Notes under the pieces: model-generated
Database searches by the model: none
What the model saw: only the letters and a program-made list of their open reading frames with translations
Told to the model about the DNA's origin: nothing
Part shown: one piece after another, positions 1 through 6,466 of the stretch
Numbering within the stretch: position 1 is the stretch's first letter
Layout of the letters: the number at the start of each line of letters is the position of its first letter
Position numbers and translations under genes: made by a program
DNA from: a virus
Lineage: Duplodnaviria > Heunggongvirae > Uroviricota > Caudoviricetes
Length of the DNA stretch: 12,599 nucleotides
Reading direction: 5' to 3' (one strand)
Virus record (IMG/VR): IMGVR_UViG_3300050007_000314
Coordinates: 1-12,599 of that record

Positions 1-723
1 TAAGATCGCCCACATCAGCGGCTGTCGCCGCGCCCCCATACCCGTCAGCATAGTGGTGTAGAGCGAATCTGTGGGATGTTCGTGATACTCGTCGACAATC
101 GCACAGTGCGGTGAAGCGCCGTCACCAGGGTTACCAATCAGCGGCTCAAAACGCGCGCCATCCTCTGGCCGGTTCAGGTTGGACGCATTAACCTCGATCC
201 CGAACGCTTCCACCAGCAGCGGTGTACGCTTACACATCAGGCGAGCGGGTCTGAATACTTCCCACGCCTGCTTTTCAGTTGTGGCCCCGGAATATACTTC
301 AGCGCCAAACTCGTTATCACAGGTAAAACAGTACAGCGCCACACCCGCCGAAATAGCTGATTTCCCGTTTTTACGCGGTATCTCAGTGTAAACCTCGCGA
401 AAGCGACGAAGCTTCGAGCCTTTCTGGACCCAGCCAAAGGCGCAGCACACAATAAACAATTGCCATGCCTCCAGGGTTATCGGCATCCGCTTGAATGCCC
501 ACTCTCCTTTTGTATGTGGCAATAACTGGATAAATTTCGCAGCCTTTTCTGCCATGTCTTTATCGAAACGGTAACGAAATTTCTTACTCTTTTCAGCCGC
601 CATGTCATCGATATGACGCTGGCAGGCCTGAATGACAAACTGGCACGCCGGGATTTTCCCCCGCACAACGTTGCGGGCGTATTGATTCGCGGCGTTTACG
701 TTGGGGTACGATTTCCGGCTCAT
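1..723 (-). CDS. Phage terminase large subunit (TerL), N-terminal ~240 codons; gene runs off the left edge of the window
   Basis: Minus-strand frame is open from ATG at 721-723 to position 1 with no stop. It is absent from the ORF track only because it has no stop inside the window. Translation [29 protein letters not shown]...[20 protein letters not shown]...[35 protein letters not shown] has a Walker A-like NGKS and Walker B-like IVDEYHE, typical of terminase ATPase domains. Start ATG overlaps the terS stop (ATGA at 720-723). Confidence 0.85.
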   Translation of the reverse strand, partial: MSRKSYPNVNAANQYARNVVRGKIPACQFVIQACQRHIDDMAAEKSKKFRYRFDKDMAEKAAKFIQLLPHTKGEWAFKRMPITLEAWQLFIVCCAFGWVQKGSKLRRFREVYTEIPRKNGKSAISAGVALYCFTCDNEFGAEVYSGATTEKQAWEVFRPARLMCKRTPLLVEAFGIEVNASNLNRPEDGARFEPLIGNPGDGASPHCAIVDEYHEHPTDSLYTTMLTGMGARRQPLMWAIL

Positions 724-1217
724 GAGTTGATCATCTTCAGGAATGGGTTAGAGGTTTTCTTCTGTCCGGCAAGGCCGATCAGGCGTTGCCGGCTGCTGGG
801 GTCAAGGCCAAGCATGGAGCCGGTAGAGCTCATCTCCGATTCCTGCTCTTTCTTTGCGGTTAGCTCAGGGTTTTTTATCTTCCCTCCCATAGCACCAGTG
901 ATAGAAAGCCCATCTCTGGCGATATTTTTAACCGCCCTGCGCCAGAACTCGTAGGCAACACACCAGCGCTCAAGTACGGCAAGATCGGTAACACACAGTA
1001 ATCCCTGTCCACATAATTCTTTTGTGGTCAGTTCCCACATGATGGCCGCCATAGGCAGGCCGTCATCCTCAGAAAACCAGTCAGGTGGTGCCACACCTTT
1101 AATCGGTGTGAATACAGGTTCCTCTTTATTCAGAGCTCGTTTGCCGGGGTTCCCTGCCAGCTCCTTGCGCGCCGTTGGCTTGGGGCGACGCCCGGAACGC
1201 CCCGCCGTTCCAGCCAT
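720..1217 (-). CDS. Phage terminase small subunit, P27-family-like (TerS)
   Basis: ORF track 720..1226. N-terminus [27 protein letters not shown] matches the recalled P27-type TerS signature. The ATG at 1215-1217 is preferred over the GTG at 1226 because AGGAG lies about 8 nt upstream of it. It sits immediately upstream of terL with overlapping stop/start. Confidence 0.8.
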   Translation of the reverse strand: MAGTAGRSGRRPKPTARKELAGNPGKRALNKEEPVFTPIKGVAPPDWFSEDDGLPMAAIMWELTTKELCGQGLLCVTDLAVLERWCVAYEFWRRAVKNIARDGLSITGAMGGKIKNPELTAKKEQESEMSSTGSMLGLDPSSRQRLIGLAGQKKTSNPFLKMINS

Positions 1218-1343
1218 AAGCGACACTCCTGGTTAAATTTCATTTTTCGCGGGTATAAAAATACGAGGAGGCGGGCAGTCCGGAAGGCGCGCGGTCGCAG
1301 AGATTTGACCTCCCCCTACCCTGGCTGATGATGACATTAATTC
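1218..1343. other. HNH-terS intergenic region; candidate cos (cohesive end) site
   Basis: A 126-bp non-coding gap between the HNH endonuclease stop and the terS start, where HK97-like cos phages place cos. It contains a GC-rich core (gaggaggcgggcagtccggaaggcgcgcggtcgcagag, about 1265-1302) flanked by AT-rich sequence (gggtataaaaatac). Position and composition only; no cut site can be determined from sequence. Confidence 0.3.
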
Positions 1344-1694
1344 TCACTTGAGCCGCTCGCGCGCAGTCTTCGCTGCGTGACACGACCAGCACAGGCTCTC
1401 AAGGTTGCTGTCCTCATCAGTACCGCCGTGGGCCTTCGCCTTGATGTGGTCCACGCAGGACGCCTGCTTAACTATTGCCTGCCGTAGATGGTTCTGACAC
1501 AACCCCTTGTCGCGCTTAAGTATCCGCTCCCGGATGAATTCCCACTTTGTTCCGTATCCACGCTGCTGCCGTGATTGGCCTGGCTTGTAGGACTTCCAGC
1601 CTTCACCTTTGTGATTTTCACAGTAGCCAGATGGGTCTGTTGTGGTGTTCCGACAGCCGCGAACGCGACAAGCCTTCGGTGTGCGCGGTGGCAT
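1344..1694 (-). CDS. HNH endonuclease (phage packaging-associated)
   Basis: ORF track 1344..1733. Chosen start is ATG at 1692-1694 (MPPRTPKACRVRGC...), with GGGGAG about 5 nt upstream. Cys-rich N-terminal part (CRVRGCRNTTTDPSGYCENH) and an HNH core (CVDHIKAKAHGGTDEDSNLESLCWSCH). An HNH gene next to terS/terL is a well-known arrangement. Confidence 0.85.
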   Translation of the reverse strand: MPPRTPKACRVRGCRNTTTDPSGYCENHKGEGWKSYKPGQSRQQRGYGTKWEFIRERILKRDKGLCQNHLRQAIVKQASCVDHIKAKAHGGTDEDSNLESLCWSCHAAKTARERLK

Positions 1695-1758
1695 ATTCAC
1701 TCCCCAAAAAACGTATAGCATTATCGCAGACACTCAGTGAATGCCTGCTGTAATGCCG

Positions 1759-1962
1759 CTAGTCGTCGAGTTGTAACACACCGTGCTCAAGTGACTCGGA
1801 ATAGGCAATCAACCCGGTGTACTCAGGGATAACCTCACCATCATCAGCTTCGAATTCCGGGATTGTCCCAGTGGTGATGGTGTATTTGGGCTGACCATCT
1901 TCTTTCGCAAAGGCTGCCAGGTATTCAATCTGTTTTGCTGTAAGAACTACCGTCATGTTCAT
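1759..1962 (-). CDS. Hypothetical small acidic protein (67 aa)
   Basis: ORF with ATG start and GAGGA RBS-like motif about 6 nt upstream. Product is D/E-rich (MNMTVVLTAKQIEYLAAFAKEDGQPKYTITTGTIPEFEADDGEVIPEYTGLIAYSESLEHGVLQLDD). No family recognised. Confidence 0.5.
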   Translation of the reverse strand: MNMTVVLTAKQIEYLAAFAKEDGQPKYTITTGTIPEFEADDGEVIPEYTGLIAYSESLEHGVLQLDD

Positions 1963-1985
1963 TCCTCAGTTGTTAAAAAGCCCAG

Positions 1986-2219
1986 CTATTGCGAGGCTGT
2001 AATAATTTTATTTAGGCAGTTGAGCTGAACAGACCTGTTATGCGCCAGAATGTCCCGCTTCGTCTGTTTATCCAGCACGGCAATATCATGCTCAGTAAGG
2101 TAGATGATACTTACCCAGTCACAAGCCGTGTCCGTTACTTCAGGTTTTGCGGGTAAAGTTTTCGCGCAACTCGCGGTCAACATCGTCATCAGGAAGATGA
2201 TTAACAGTCTGCTGTACAT
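1986..2219 (-). CDS. Outer-membrane lipoprotein, putative o-spanin (Rz1-like), 77 aa
   Basis: Internal ATG at 2217-2219 with AAGGAG 7 nt upstream. N-terminus MYSRLLIIFLMTMLTASC has a lipoprotein signal peptide and lipobox Cys. The gene starts inside the preceding i-spanin-like gene in another frame and extends beyond it, the classic overlapped spanin layout. No sequence similarity to lambda Rz1 is claimed. Confidence 0.5.
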   Translation of the reverse strand: MYSRLLIIFLMTMLTASCAKTLPAKPEVTDTACDWVSIIYLTEHDIAVLDKQTKRDILAHNRSVQLNCLNKIITASQ

Positions 2220-2409
2220 CCCTGGCTCCTTTTGTTGTCTCCACCCGGCGTTCTGCAACGGCTTCAGTAGCTGCTGCGCGTTCCTCAGTGCGTTGCTGGT
2301 TAGCTTTTGTCTCAGCGATATTGGTACCGCGTGACTTACCCAGACCAAAAGCACCTGCAATTGCAGCCAGCACAGCAACAGCCAGGCCGAGAATCATTTC
2401 AAGTCCCAT
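2140..2409 (-). CDS. Putative i-spanin (Rz-like), 89 aa, N-terminal transmembrane anchor plus charged helical periplasmic domain
   Basis: ATG at 2407-2409 with GAGG about 6 nt upstream, directly after the endolysin stop. N-terminal hydrophobic segment MGLEMILGLAVAVLAAIAGAFGLG is followed by a charged, helix-prone region (ETKANQQRTEERAAATEAVAERRVETTKGARD). Shorter than a typical Rz, so the call is positional and structural only. Confidence 0.45.
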   Translation of the reverse strand: MGLEMILGLAVAVLAAIAGAFGLGKSRGTNIAETKANQQRTEERAAATEAVAERRVETTKGARDVQQTVNHLPDDDVDRELRENFTRKT

Positions 2410-2416
2410 AGTGACC

Positions 2417-3031
2417 TCACACCAGTGCGGCTTTAGCTTTGGCGTAACGTTCACGGCGGTCTTTAATGCCGTTCTGCCCGCCGTTAATAATTTGCGTGAC
2501 GCGTTCCACATCCCCCGAATAGAGGAGACAACCGCGTAACGTGAAGTACCATGCTGCCGAGCGGGCCGCGTGTCGCTCTTGCGTCAATAGTTCAGGAGTG
2601 CTCACAAGGTCAAGCTTCAGCGCTGTACCGCATTTGGTATAGTTCTCTCGGCCGGTGATTTGAAGCAGGCCGCGACCGCGATATTTCCAGCCATCACCCT
2701 GGCTGTTATTCCCCATGCGGTCACCGTAAACCAGATTGGCTATTTGTGGCTGGTGAGCGACTTGTTTACCATCGACACGCCCCAGCATTTCGCTCTGATA
2801 CGGCGTCAGGCGCTTACCGAAGGTTTTCTTCAGCCCTTCAACCGAGTAGTTAAAGTTCTCTACCAGCGAGGTAAAGCCATTGGATTCATGCCCAACTTGT
2901 GCAATGAACATGGCCTGATCATTAACCGCTGTAATTCCAAACTCTTTCATTGCCGCATCAATGTGCGGAAACCAGCGCGCAGAAAGCCCGGCGCTGATAC
3001 CAGCCGCCTGCTGAAATTGTGATTGGTTCAT
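2417..3031 (-). CDS. Endolysin, glycoside hydrolase family 19 (chitinase-like lysozyme)
   Basis: 204-aa ORF with ATG start and GAGG RBS. Contains the GH19 signature region GDGWKYRGRGLLQITGRENYTKCG. Sits between the holin-like genes and the spanin pair. Confidence 0.85.
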   Translation of the reverse strand: MNQSQFQQAAGISAGLSARWFPHIDAAMKEFGITAVNDQAMFIAQVGHESNGFTSLVENFNYSVEGLKKTFGKRLTPYQSEMLGRVDGKQVAHQPQIANLVYGDRMGNNSQGDGWKYRGRGLLQITGRENYTKCGTALKLDLVSTPELLTQERHAARSAAWYFTLRGCLLYSGDVERVTQIINGGQNGIKDRRERYAKAKAALV

Positions 3032-3033
3032 TA

Positions 3034-3312
3034 TTACCTCAGATGATCAACCAGCCGCGCTACGTTGCCCCTGACGGCGACCAGCACAGACAAGAAAATA
3101 ATGTTGGCCCCGATAGTGGCCCACGATGAATAAGGGTAGATACCGCACAGATAAGCCAGCGGAACCGCGCTATAGATGACCGTAAGCAGCCACGCTAAGC
3201 GAGATATCCACGGTCGATGTCGGGAATCACCACGGCGGTAAAACATCAGGGTCAGGACTACCCCAGCGCAAAGCAGCGCATTAATTGTTGCCGACGGGTC
3301 ATTTAGTACCAC
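3034..3312 (-). CDS. Holin-like small membrane protein (92 aa), second member of a holin/antiholin-like pair
   Basis: GTG start at 3310-3312 with GGGAGG about 6 nt upstream; 14-nt overlap with the upstream membrane-protein gene. Product has about 3 hydrophobic helices (INALLCAGVVLTLMFY, LAWLLTVIYSAVPLAYLCGIY, IGANIIFLSVLVAV) and a charged C-terminus. Lies immediately upstream of the endolysin. Confidence 0.6.
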   Translation of the reverse strand: MVLNDPSATINALLCAGVVLTLMFYRRGDSRHRPWISRLAWLLTVIYSAVPLAYLCGIYPYSSWATIGANIIFLSVLVAVRGNVARLVDHLR

Positions 3313-3685
3313 CTGAACCTCCCCGGCGCGTTATCAGCGCCACCAGCGAGCCGACATCCTGATTATTCAGGAACGTCAGGATTTTGACGGCTAAAGCAGA
3401 AACGATTACGGCGCCAATGGCATCCAGTGGTTTATCACTGTAGCCGGTCGCCTGAGCCAGCTTTGAACCCACCAGCCCGGAACAAAGGATCCCCGCGATA
3501 TACGACACCAGAAAATATGCCAGCCGACGCGTTGCACTCAGGTCAGCAGCCGTTGCAATGTAAAATACAGCTCCGGCAAATGCACCAAACACCACGCCAT
3601 AATCGGTTCCGGAAAGAAATCCATAGACGCTGGCCCCCGTCAGGACACCACCAGCCAGCCCAGTACCGGAAATCGGATCGGACAT
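3299..3685 (-). CDS. Holin-like membrane protein (128 aa), first gene of the lysis cassette
   Basis: ATG at 3683-3685 with GAGGGGG RBS. Gly/Ala-rich polytopic membrane protein (GLAGGVLTGASVYGFLSG..., VVFGAFAGAVFYIATA..., LAYFLVSYIAGILCSGLVG..., AIGAVIVSALAVKILTF). Function inferred from position; no specific family recognised. Confidence 0.55.
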   Translation of the reverse strand: MSDPISGTGLAGGVLTGASVYGFLSGTDYGVVFGAFAGAVFYIATAADLSATRRLAYFLVSYIAGILCSGLVGSKLAQATGYSDKPLDAIGAVIVSALAVKILTFLNNQDVGSLVALITRRGGSGGTK

Positions 3686-3728
3686 TTAGCCCCCTCTTAA
3701 TTGCTGTAAGTCCTCTCAGAATGAGGGG

Positions 3729-3757
3729 AATAAAAAAGGCCACCGAATGGCAGCCTT
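3729..3757 (-). terminator. Intrinsic terminator on minus strand, downstream of the 79-aa ORF and upstream of the lysis cassette
   Basis: Minus-strand reading AAGGCTGCC-ATTC-GGTGGCCTT: a 9-bp stem with two G-U pairs and a 4-nt loop, followed by TTTTTTATT. Confidence 0.5.
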
Positions 3758-3792
3758 AGTAAATGTTGTGTAGTGCTTTACTGGTAAATGCG

Positions 3793-4032
3793 TTATTGCT
3801 CATGGTCTTTTAAATAGTGATGCCCTTTGGAGGTAATTTCAGTTGCTATCCACGTACCATCACCGGATCTACTCTTAACAGCATTTACTAACCCTGCGTC
3901 AGCAAGATCAGAAATAGCAAAATTTACTGTTTCCTTTGGAATGAGCGGAAGTACTGAAGACTGAACCGCTTCATGTGGACCAAGAGCATTTACGCGACTC
4001 AGAATTTCGAAATGTACAGATGTGATTTTCAT
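3793..4032 (-). CDS. Hypothetical protein (79 aa), moron-like small gene between the Q-like gene and the lysis cassette
   Basis: ATG at 4030-4032 with GGAGG RBS. Flanked by an upstream promoter-like element and terminators on both sides. Local GC looks lower than in neighbouring structural genes. No family recognised (MKITSVHFEILSRVNALGPHEAVQSSVLPLIPKETVNFAISDLADAGLVNAVKSRSGDGTWIATEITSKGHHYLKDHEQ). Confidence 0.5.
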   Translation of the reverse strand: MKITSVHFEILSRVNALGPHEAVQSSVLPLIPKETVNFAISDLADAGLVNAVKSRSGDGTWIATEITSKGHHYLKDHEQ

Positions 4033-4067
4033 AGCACTGCCTCCGGTGGCTTGTTTTGACCAGCGGA

Positions 4068-4076
4068 ATTATAACA
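4068..4076 (-). promoter_or_regulatory. Candidate extended -10 promoter (TGtTATAAT) on minus strand; possible late promoter (PR-prime-like) or the small ORF's own promoter
   Basis: Minus-strand sequence TGTTATAAT (plus ATTATAACA, 4068-4076) matches the extended -10 consensus TGnTATAAT exactly, about 35 nt upstream of the 79-aa ORF start. No good -35 is needed for extended -10 promoters. Confidence 0.35.
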
Positions 4077-4111
4077 TATTGATTTTGACGTAGATTGAGT
4101 GCCAAAAGAGG

Positions 4112-4140
4112 TTAAAGAAAAACCCGCTCACAGGCGGGTT
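4112..4140 (-). terminator. Intrinsic terminator on minus strand downstream of the Q-like gene (tR-prime-like candidate)
   Basis: Minus-strand reading AACCCGC-CTGTGA-GCGGGTT followed by TTTTCTTTAA: a 7-bp GC-rich stem plus U-tract. On the plus strand the same hairpin lacks a comparable T-tract. Confidence 0.55.
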
Positions 4141-4233
4141 TATAGAACTTTGGCAACATATCAAATATGCTTCAAATATGGCTTATTTTGTTGCATTTTG
4201 CAAGCGCGTTTGAAGGAGATAGTGAAATTTACT

Positions 4234-4944
4234 TCACATTTCTGCCACTTTGAGGGCGTCTTCTTCCTCATAGTATTCAAGAGCCATGGCCAGCGCAGAT
4301 TCATCAAGCTGGGTAAAAGCGGCCTTTAACCCAGCCCAGTGCCCTGAATAGACGCGCAACCATGTCGAACGGTCAACGCTAACCATGCGGGCCAACGCTG
4401 CACTAGCATAGTCTTTATAGGTTTCATTATTTCTGGTTGCGGCAATTTCCTGCCCTGCCAGCCATACCAGGCCAATCAGTTTCTTTACTACGCGCTCCTG
4501 AAGGGAGTTATCACCCAGGCATTTCTGATAAGTTTTCCAGACGTATTCACACATCATCACCTGGTGCTTATAGCTAAGGTCAAAACCGTAGCAGTACCGC
4601 AACCAGGCCTGCTGGTATCCACTAAGCGCGGACACTGCCCTACGCCACGGCGCGGACTCAAATTCCGCATCTTTTATCGGCGGCATTGGCCTGCGGCGGC
4701 TGCGTGTTTCCAGTACATACAGTGGCGCGGAAAGCGAGTTAACAAAGCGTGGCCCCTTCTCTCCTTCGAGTTCGACGAGGTGAATTCCACGGCGCGGGGT
4801 GGCATTTTTGTCTGCTGGTGGGTGTTCACTGAAAGCCTCAAGCTGCCCTTTTGTTCCCCCAGAGAGGTCAGGTAGCGCGCGGCGCAATTCTATTCTTACA
4901 AAATTCAGGTCTTGTTGATTCATGCTTCTTTGCGCTCCATACAC
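4234..4944 (-). CDS. Putative late-gene antiterminator (Q-like), 229-236 aa
   Basis: ORF track 4234..4944 (GTG start; alternative ATG at 4921-4923 giving MNQQDLNFVR...). The call is positional: directly upstream of a promoter/terminator interval and the lysis cassette, downstream of a DUF968-like gene, as in many lambdoid prophages. No sequence similarity to lambda Q is claimed. Confidence 0.5.
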   Translation of the reverse strand: MYGAQRSMNQQDLNFVRIELRRALPDLSGGTKGQLEAFSEHPPADKNATPRRGIHLVELEGEKGPRFVNSLSAPLYVLETRSRRRPMPPIKDAEFESAPWRRAVSALSGYQQAWLRYCYGFDLSYKHQVMMCEYVWKTYQKCLGDNSLQERVVKKLIGLVWLAGQEIAATRNNETYKDYASAALARMVSVDRSTWLRVYSGHWAGLKAAFTQLDESALAMALEYYEEEDALKVAEM

Positions 4945-5940
4945 TTAAGCTTTCGCAATTACGCCGATCGACAGCGCCCGATCCATAAAACGCAGTAGCA
5001 GCTCAAGCTGCGTACCATGCTTCTGCTCGAATGCTGGTACATCGGCGTGTAACTCGTCGTGGCACTCTCTGCACAGAGGGATCACGAAGAGGTCATGGGC
5101 TTTTGTTGCTGTACCACCCATACCGTGCCCTACGATATGGTGCGGATCATCTGCTGGCCGTCGGCAACACTCACAGGGTTGTGTTTTAACCCAGCGGGTG
5201 TACGTCTCATTTACCCAGCGGCGACGTTTTGGCCTGAGCATAAAAGATTCCGGGGACTCCGGATCGACGGTTAGCGTCAGTATTGCCTTTTGGGTTTCCA
5301 CATCCAGGCTGTCAGACCGCCGAGCTGGTAACGTATCAATCGACCTGGCTTTTTCCTGCATAATGCTGATGGCCGGCGGCATAGGTACGATGTCACTTTC
5401 CCGGTAAACAGATAATAATGGTTCGTCTGGCAACCGAAGTGCCCGTTGCGCCATTCCTTCGGTGACAGCATCAGCGACACCAGACTGAACCGCCCACCAG
5501 CAAAGCTCGGCTAAAGAGAGGGAGCGCTCTTTGTTGTGGCCAAGCCCAACCAGTACGGTATCAACAATCCATTCGGCAACATTGCTCAGCGCAAGCGCCT
5601 GTAATCTCTCCGTTGACTGACCGCGCAATTTGTTATCGCAGTGCCAGCACACCACTAACGCGCCAGGAGGATGCCATAGTGTTGTTAGCTCGGCATGATG
5701 GTAGTCAGAAACAGGGTACTGACACTTTTTAACGCGCTGACGAAGCCAGTACTCAAGCCCGGCCATACCACCAGCAGCAGTAATTACCCGTTCATCGGTG
5801 AAGAAAGTGTGAAGGCTGGCATCCTCCAGTAGCGGTTGCCGTGCATCGGGGATCCGACCAGACGGAAGCCTGGCCATGTTTTCAGGCTCACGCTCAACGA
5901 GCACACGACCTGCAGGGGTAAGTAAGGCTCTCAATGCCAA
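4945..5940 (-). CDS. DUF968-like phage protein (YdfU-like) with C-terminal Cys/His HNH-like zinc-binding motif
   Basis: 331-aa ORF. C-terminal region PCECCRRPADDPHHIVGHGMGGTATKAHDLFVIPLCRECHDELH resembles an HNH/zinc-ribbon nuclease-like motif. Placement between the Nin-like region and the Q-like gene matches recalled DUF968 genes in lambdoid prophages. Start is uncertain: TTG at 5940 or ATG at 5875-5877. Confidence 0.6.
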   Translation of the reverse strand: MALRALLTPAGRVLVEREPENMARLPSGRIPDARQPLLEDASLHTFFTDERVITAAGGMAGLEYWLRQRVKKCQYPVSDYHHAELTTLWHPPGALVVCWHCDNKLRGQSTERLQALALSNVAEWIVDTVLVGLGHNKERSLSLAELCWWAVQSGVADAVTEGMAQRALRLPDEPLLSVYRESDIVPMPPAISIMQEKARSIDTLPARRSDSLDVETQKAILTLTVDPESPESFMLRPKRRRWVNETYTRWVKTQPCECCRRPADDPHHIVGHGMGGTATKAHDLFVIPLCRECHDELHADVPAFEQKHGTQLELLLRFMDRALSIGVIAKA

Positions 5941-5944
5941 CCCC

Positions 5945-6466
5945 TTATACCGTCAGATCTTTAAATTTCTGTACGGCCTTCCCCATATCCGCCATTGCAT
6001 CCACAAACTCATCAAACTTACGGCTTGCCATTCCATAAGCCTGTAGGATTTCAAGTTTCAGAGGATCGAGTTGTTTTTTGATTTCAGCTCGGTCACCGGC
6101 CTTTTTTTCAGCTTCTTCAGCGGCGCGAATGAGGGCTTCAGCCTGCTTGCGTAATTCTTCAGGGGTCACGGTTGACTTATTCATAGTGGCTTCCTTCAAT
6201 GGCTTCGACGACGCAATAACCGGCGCCACGGATTTATGACCAAATTTAGGGTGATGCAGGGTTGTTGTCCTGCCGTCATCAGTGACACAGAGCAGGCTGT
6301 TTTCGCGGATGATTTCGATCAGGGTTTCTTTATCCTTCCGACTCAACGAGCTATAAGCTGATACCTTGTGCGTCAGATGGGTAAGAGTTGCCCCATCGGG
6401 TTGTTTCTCAACAAACCGTTTAACCCTGGACAATACTGGCTGAAGGTGCGGAGGGGTCACTCTCAC
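5945..6466 (-). CDS. Hypothetical protein (173 aa), translationally coupled to the upstream antirepressor-like gene
   Basis: GTG start overlapping the stop of the upstream gene (GTGA at 6463-6466), with a G-rich RBS-like stretch upstream. C-terminal part is a charged, helix-prone region (EELRKQAEALIRAAEEAEKKAGDRAEIKKQLDPLKLEIL). No family recognised. Confidence 0.5.
   Translation of the reverse strand: MRVTPPHLQPVLSRVKRFVEKQPDGATLTHLTHKVSAYSSLSRKDKETLIEIIRENSLLCVTDDGRTTTLHHPKFGHKSVAPVIASSKPLKEATMNKSTVTPEELRKQAEALIRAAEEAEKKAGDRAEIKKQLDPLKLEILQAYGMASRKFDEFVDAMADMGKAVQKFKDLTV

Noticed and set aside
237-668. Minus-strand ORFs 237..452 and 477..668 from the ORF track
   Set aside because: Both are out-of-frame shadows inside the terL reading frame, which is continuous from the ATG at 721-723 to the window edge and carries the terminase motifs.
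613-1236. Plus-strand ORFs 613..954 and 1024..1236
   Set aside because: Antisense to terL/terS, with no RBS and odd composition; treated as antisense shadow ORFs.
2104-3759. Plus-strand ORFs 2104..2334, 2288..2539, 2660..3022, 3427..3759 and the minus-strand ORF 3543..3743
   Set aside because: All lie inside, or out of frame with, the well-supported lysis genes (endolysin, holin-like genes, spanins); no independent start or RBS support.
4099-4329. Plus-strand ORF 4099..4329 spanning the late regulatory interval
   Set aside because: Runs across the minus-strand terminator and promoter-like elements and into the Q-like gene on the opposite strand; hydrophobic low-complexity product; no RBS.
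4564-5480. ORFs 4564..4875 (+), 5059..5274 (+), 5198..5407 (+), 5277..5480 (-)
   Set aside because: Embedded in the Q-like and DUF968-like genes in alternative frames or on the antisense strand; no supporting signals.
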